From IMG/VR virus record IMGVR_UViG_3300009095_000023, positions 1 to 47,437 of that record: a stretch of DNA of 47,437 bases. One strand, written 5' to 3'. The notes beneath the pieces are model-generated. The model was not told the DNA's origin. It was given only the letters and a program-made list of their open reading frames with translations, and did not search any database. Source of the stretch: a virus (lineage: Duplodnaviria > Caudoviricetes). Below, one piece after another: positions 43,074 through 47,437 of the stretch; the first letter of the stretch is position 1; every line of letters starts with the position of its first letter. Position numbers and translations under genes: made by a program.

Positions 43074-44562
43074 GGCGGACGACGAAAAGAACCCTCCCTG
43101 CTCTTTGCTTGAGTTTCTGGTCGAAGGCTGGCACGTCCTTGAGCCATCCCAAAAGCTGGTCACCGGGTTTCACGTCGATGCGATCTGCTCACACGCAGAG
43201 GCTTGCGTTGATGGACGCATCAAGCGATTGCTGATCAATATTCCACCCGGCATGTCGAAGTCGATGATTATTTCGGTGTTCCTGCCGTGCTGGGTGTGGA
43301 CGTTTCGCCCGTGGTTCCGCTGGCTGTGCGCATCCTACGATCAGGATACGGCGAACGACCTGGCGCAGAAGCGGCGAAACCTTCTGGTGAGCGAGTGGTA
43401 TCAAGATCGTTGGCCGCGCGGCGGAATGCTTCGACCGACGAAGAACGCGAAGAATCGGGACACGATCAAACTGATCCAGAACATCGCCGGTGGTGAAATG
43501 CTGTCAACGTCCCCGATGGGTCGTGCATTAGGGAAGCACCCTCACGGCAAGCTCTACGACGATCTGGAGAACCCGAAGGCTGACGATGGCTTGTCGGATG
43601 TCACTCGAAAGAAAACGCGGGGGTTCTTGAATGGTCCAATGGCAACACGCGGTGAGTCGAAGGATATCAACGCGTTTTCGATTATGATTGCTCAGCGTTT
43701 GGCGATCGGCGATGCGTCCGACGTGTTTCGCGAGCAGGGCTGCGAGCATCTGTGCTTGCCGATGCGGTACGACCCGAACCACCCTGTGCGCGACCCGAAG
43801 GTTCCGACGTGCCTAGGGTTTGTCGATCCGCGAACCAAAGATGGCGAACTGCTGTGCGAGGAACGTTTCGGGGATCATGAAGTCGAACAAATCACTCGCA
43901 GCCTGAAGCACAAAGCGGCGGGTCAGTTGCAGCAGCAGCCGATCAGCCCGGAGGGAGACAGATTCAAGCGGAAGTGGTTTCGGATCGTCAAGGAATCGGA
44001 ATTGCCGTCTGATTTCTACACGCAGTCTCAGGCGGTTCGGTACTGGGACAAGGCGGGAACGGAAGGTGGAGGCGACTACACAGCAGGCGTTGGAATTGCC
44101 AAGTACGGCAATGAATACTACGTGTTCGACGTTGTTCGTGGTCAGTGGGGATCGTCGAATCGCAAGTTGCACATGAAGTCTGCTAGCGAACGTGACTGGT
44201 CGTTGTTCAAGCATTATTGCGTCTGGCAGGAAATTGAACCGGGCTCCGGCGGGAAGGAATCTGCGGAGCTGACAGAGAAAGAGCTGGCGAAATACTCGGT
44301 GCGATCAGAGAAGGTGACGGACCCGAAGAAGGAGCGGTACAACACGTGGGAGGAGGAGCTTGACTGCACGACCAACCCGCGAAAGCCGACGGTGTTCCTT
44401 GTCGAGGGGGCTTGGAACGAGGATTTCATTGCCGAGCATGTGAACTGGCGCTGGGAGGACAAGAACCCTCGAGACGACCAGATTGATGCAGCGGCGGCAG
44501 CCTACATGAAGCTGAAACGTCGCGGCGATGTGGACCTGGAGAAGTGGCTCGATGTGATCTGA
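42955..44562 (+). CDS. terL: Terminase large subunit
   Basis: 'LLINIPPG.SKS' Walker A, 'YDD' Walker B, 'QR', 'QQ.P'; RNase H-like 'WDKA...GDY' and 'DDQIDA'. Confidence 0.9.
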   Translation: MYLLTKRERQSVLSLSDCELRDWLHQWKPEARRSLIRQLEADDEKNPPCSLLEFLVEGWHVLEPSQKLVTGFHVDAICSHAEACVDGRIKRLLINIPPGMSKSMIISVFLPCWVWTFRPWFRWLCASYDQDTANDLAQKRRNLLVSEWYQDRWPRGGMLRPTKNAKNRDTIKLIQNIAGGEMLSTSPMGRALGKHPHGKLYDDLENPKADDGLSDVTRKKTRGFLNGPMATRGESKDINAFSIMIAQRLAIGDASDVFREQGCEHLCLPMRYDPNHPVRDPKVPTCLGFVDPRTKDGELLCEERFGDHEVEQITRSLKHKAAGQLQQQPISPEGDRFKRKWFRIVKESELPSDFYTQSQAVRYWDKAGTEGGGDYTAGVGIAKYGNEYYVFDVVRGQWGSSNRKLHMKSASERDWSLFKHYCVWQEIEPGSGGKESAELTEKELAKYSVRSEKVTDPKKERYNTWEEELDCTTNPRKPTVFLVEGAWNEDFIAEHVNWRWEDKNPRDDQIDAAAAAYMKLKRRGDVDLEKWLDVI

Positions 44563-44580
44563 CCGAGCCGATAAAGCGGC

Positions 44581-44961
44581 ATGGAGATTCCGGTCAAAAA
44601 TTTTCTTCGGACTGCCATCAGCGGTCGTCGGGGCGTGCCTCAATCTCGCGTGATGATCCGATTGCAGAAGCCGACGCCTCAATGGCTGGTGCGAGAGTTC
44701 CTGCGGATTCGTCTCACGGGTGCGATGCTTTCTGGCGGCGAACCGGTCACGGACAAACATCGCAGGCTGGCGAAGTCAGTTGGCGTTGTCGGTATCGAGA
44801 TTGCTCCTGAATGGATTCCGAACCTGCACGATCCGAACGAGGAAAACTTGGTCACGCAATTTTGTTTGGTGCTGGACCGCCGATACAGAGATGTTGTGTT
44901 GCAGGCGGTTTACCGGACGGCCGGAATGCTGGGTGACCACCTGGGCATCGGCATCAAGTGA
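44581..44961 (+). CDS. Hypothetical protein
   Basis: Preceded by the GCCGATAAAG motif; 126 aa. Confidence 0.5.
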   Translation: MEIPVKNFLRTAISGRRGVPQSRVMIRLQKPTPQWLVREFLRIRLTGAMLSGGEPVTDKHRRLAKSVGVVGIEIAPEWIPNLHDPNEENLVTQFCLVLDRRYRDVVLQAVYRTAGMLGDHLGIGIK

Positions 44962-44971
44962 GGGGCGAATC

Positions 44972-45196
44972 TTGAAATTGTTTCGGCAATTGAGGTTGTG
45001 GTTGACAGACCGAAGGGAGTTGATTGCGTCCCACAATGCGCTGTACCGCAAGGTGAAAGTGCTTCAGACGGCACTTGAGCAGCAGGAACTCATCAATCGC
45101 ACGCTGACCGAGCAGATCGGGGCGATGAAGACCGCTGCGGAGTTCTCGCAGGCGTTAGACAAACTGCGCGTCCATAACATGAGGGCGGACCAGTAA
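44972..45196 (+). CDS. Small coiled-coil hypothetical protein
   Basis: RBS AGGGG before a TTG start. Confidence 0.4.
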   Translation: MKLFRQLRLWLTDRRELIASHNALYRKVKVLQTALEQQELINRTLTEQIGAMKTAAEFSQALDKLRVHNMRADQ

Positions 45197-45230
45197 TCCG
45201 ATAAAGGCGTGACCCCAGAAGGCCGCGCCC

Positions 45231-47437
45231 ATGCAGACATTCGCAGACAAGTTCGTTCCCCGTCGCATCTCTCAATCGAGCAATGATCCGCATATTTCGT
45301 TGATCGGTCCGCGTGCGGAATACAACACCGATACCCGCCAGCGCCAGCAGGCGATTGAGCACATCCGGCACTTTCGTCTGTGGAACTACATCGCGATTGA
45401 CGCCAACTCGGAAAAGGCGTCTGAATCCACCCCGAATGTTGCCGTGATGAAATCGTCGGCTCGCCCGTCGCGACAGAGGCAGCGGTACCTGAAGCAGTTT
45501 TACCCGGGCTTGATCCGAAACGACCTTGACGATGCCGATCCGGTACCCGATTCCCATCCGCTTGTTGAGCTCCTGAAGCGAGTGAACGACAAGGACTGGT
45601 GGGACGTCTTCTGCTACGAAACGCTAATGTTTTACCAGCTCACCGGATCATTCTACTGGTGGGTGATTCCGAACCAGATGGGATTGCCGTCGGAGCTGTG
45701 GGTCATTCCGCCGCATTGGATCTACCCGGAGTATTCTCGGTCGGGAGAACTGCTGAAATGGTGGGTTGAGCCAGACGGGAACCAGCGTGCGAAGTTCGAG
45801 TTGCCGCCGGAGGAAGTGATCTACGCGCACAAAAAGAACCCGTACAGCAAGATTCAGCCGTTTTCTCCCGGTCGCGCTGCCGCGGAATGGTTGATCAATA
45901 ACGAACTGATTGAGAAAGCGCGGAACACGACCTACAAGCAGGGGAATTTTCAGAACGTCCTTTTGAAGATGGATAAGGAGACATTCCCGGATGCGCCTGA
46001 GGCTGAACTTCTTTGGCGAATCGAAAATAAATTTATGCAGCGATACAACGGCGTATCGCAGATGTCGCGTCCGATTGTGATGCCTCCGGGAATGGAGGCT
46101 GTCCCGTTCGGTGTGGAGCCGAACAAGATGCTGCTGCCGGAGGTGAGCGACCAGATTCGCGACTACATCCTGGCATTGCATCGCGTTCCCCGGGCTGTTG
46201 CTGGTATCTCGCACGACCTGAACGTCGCCTCGATCCACGGTGCGAATCTCATCTGGTGTACGCACAAGATTATTCCGCTGCAGCGCATGCTTGCGGGGTT
46301 CATGACGGAGCGTCTGGCGTCTCGGTTCGATCCTCGCTTGGTTGTCTGGTTTGATGATTGCCGACCTGCAGACTCAGCGGAGGAACGGGAAGAGGTCAAA
46401 CTTGACTGGGCCATGGGAGCGATCACTCCAGATGAGCGACGTCTTGCGCGAAACTATCCGGCACTGGAAACTGAAGCGAGCGGCAAGACGTACCTGCCGA
46501 TGAATCTGGTTCCGCTGGACTTTGCAGGTGCCGATGAGCCGGAGCCGGAACCCGAAGAACAGCCGAAAGGCGAGGAGAAGGACGAACCCGAGCCGGACAC
46601 TGAGACCGACGACAAGGAGAAGGAGCAGCGGTACCGTCAGCGGAAATCGTTTGCGATCAAGCAATCACGCAGGCGGGCACGCATCTTGCGCGGATTCGAT
46701 CGACTGCATCGCCGAAGCGAGAAGCAGGCGTTGCGATCTCTGAACGGGTTTTGGAACCGAGTCATCAAGGAAGCTGGCAAGAGGTTTGACGCAGGTGGAG
46801 ATGCGCCACCGCCAGTCGAGCAGTTGCTTCCGGCTGACAGTTTCGAAAAGTGGTTTAACGACGCGATGTCCCAGCACTGGCTCAACCACTGGGCCGCCGG
46901 AGCCGAATTTGAACGCAAGGTGCTGGGGTTGCCTCAACAGCAGTCAGTGAAGTTTGTCGATGAACTGCCCGATATCAGCGTTGATTTCCCGCAAACGATG
47001 AAACGTCGAATGGCAGACTACCTGCGAAAGAAGACGCAATCCGTATGGAAGCTCATTCACGCAACCGCGTTGAAGGCGCTTCGGTCTGCCGTGCAAAAGA
47101 CCCTGGAATCCGGTGAAGGCGTTCGCGAGATGCGAGCGGGGATCATGAAGGCTTTGAAGGTCTCGAAGTCGGAGGCAACTCGCATCGCCAGAACTGAAGC
47201 GACTGCATCGTTGAACGCAGGTCAGCAAGCGTTGCGTGATGAAGAGGAAGTGCCGAACAAGCAGTGGATTGCCACTGTGGACGGACTGACCCGAGAGACG
47301 CATTCGGCAACTGATCTGGAGATCGTGCCGAATGGCCAGCCGTTTCTTGTCGGTGGATACCCGATGAATCATCCCGGTGACGGGTCACTAGGTGCACCAG
47401 CTGAAGAGATCGTGAACTGTCGCTGTTGTGCCACTGG
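45231..47437 (+). CDS. HK97-type portal protein fused to a MuF/SPP1 gp7 head-morphogenesis domain (3' truncated)
   Basis: Manually translated open frame missing from the ORF track because it has no stop. Portal motifs 'HPL..LL..VN', 'TG..YW', 'EVI', 'VP', 'ITPDE.R'; acidic linker; then MuF motifs 'IARTE', 'KQW.A..D..TR.TH', 'NCRC'. Confidence 0.85.
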   Translation, partial: MQTFADKFVPRRISQSSNDPHISLIGPRAEYNTDTRQRQQAIEHIRHFRLWNYIAIDANSEKASESTPNVAVMKSSARPSRQRQRYLKQFYPGLIRNDLDDADPVPDSHPLVELLKRVNDKDWWDVFCYETLMFYQLTGSFYWWVIPNQMGLPSELWVIPPHWIYPEYSRSGELLKWWVEPDGNQRAKFELPPEEVIYAHKKNPYSKIQPFSPGRAAAEWLINNELIEKARNTTYKQGNFQNVLLKMDKETFPDAPEAELLWRIENKFMQRYNGVSQMSRPIVMPPGMEAVPFGVEPNKMLLPEVSDQIRDYILALHRVPRAVAGISHDLNVASIHGANLIWCTHKIIPLQRMLAGFMTERLASRFDPRLVVWFDDCRPADSAEEREEVKLDWAMGAITPDERRLARNYPALETEASGKTYLPMNLVPLDFAGADEPEPEPEEQPKGEEKDEPEPDTETDDKEKEQRYRQRKSFAIKQSRRRARILRGFDRLHRRSEKQALRSLNGFWNRVIKEAGKRFDAGGDAPPPVEQLLPADSFEKWFNDAMSQHWLNHWAAGAEFERKVLGLPQQQSVKFVDELPDISVDFPQTMKRRMADYLRKKTQSVWKLIHATALKALRSAVQKTLESGEGVREMRAGIMKALKVSKSEATRIARTEATASLNAGQQALRDEEEVPNKQWIATVDGLTRETHSATDLEIVPNGQPFLVGGYPMNHPGDGSLGAPAEEIVNCRCCAT

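Overview
Segment of a temperate tailed dsDNA phage genome in its un-integrated (attP-containing) arrangement. The host is probably a Planctomycete; this is inferred from gene content (CsrA, FliA/WhiG-like sigma, Cys-rich tail proteins) and not proven. From left to right: tail genes (tape-measure end, tail tip); glycosyltransferases; a membrane-protein/C1-peptidase cluster; ParB-MTase-like-Gp37Gp68 genes; a sigma factor; an accessory rightward module (16447-21321); a leftward replication/methylase/integrase operon; attP (5' half of tRNA-Pro); an immunity switch with four operators; rightward recombination and accessory genes (YqaJ/RecT, tRNA-Arg); terminase; and a portal-MuF fusion running off the end. 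The standout is the accessory module. A perfect sigma70 promoter precedes a candidate type II hammerhead ribozyme and a candidate permuted twister ribozyme, then gene cassettes sharing a hairpin-RBS leader (one encoding a DHH-like protein), then a 573-aa Cas12m-like (type V-M/V-U1) effector with a degenerate RuvC site. A 7-repeat/6-spacer CRISPR mini-array starts 5 bp after the effector's stop codon, and there is no cas1/cas2 in the window. All family assignments come from motif recognition by eye; no database searches were run.
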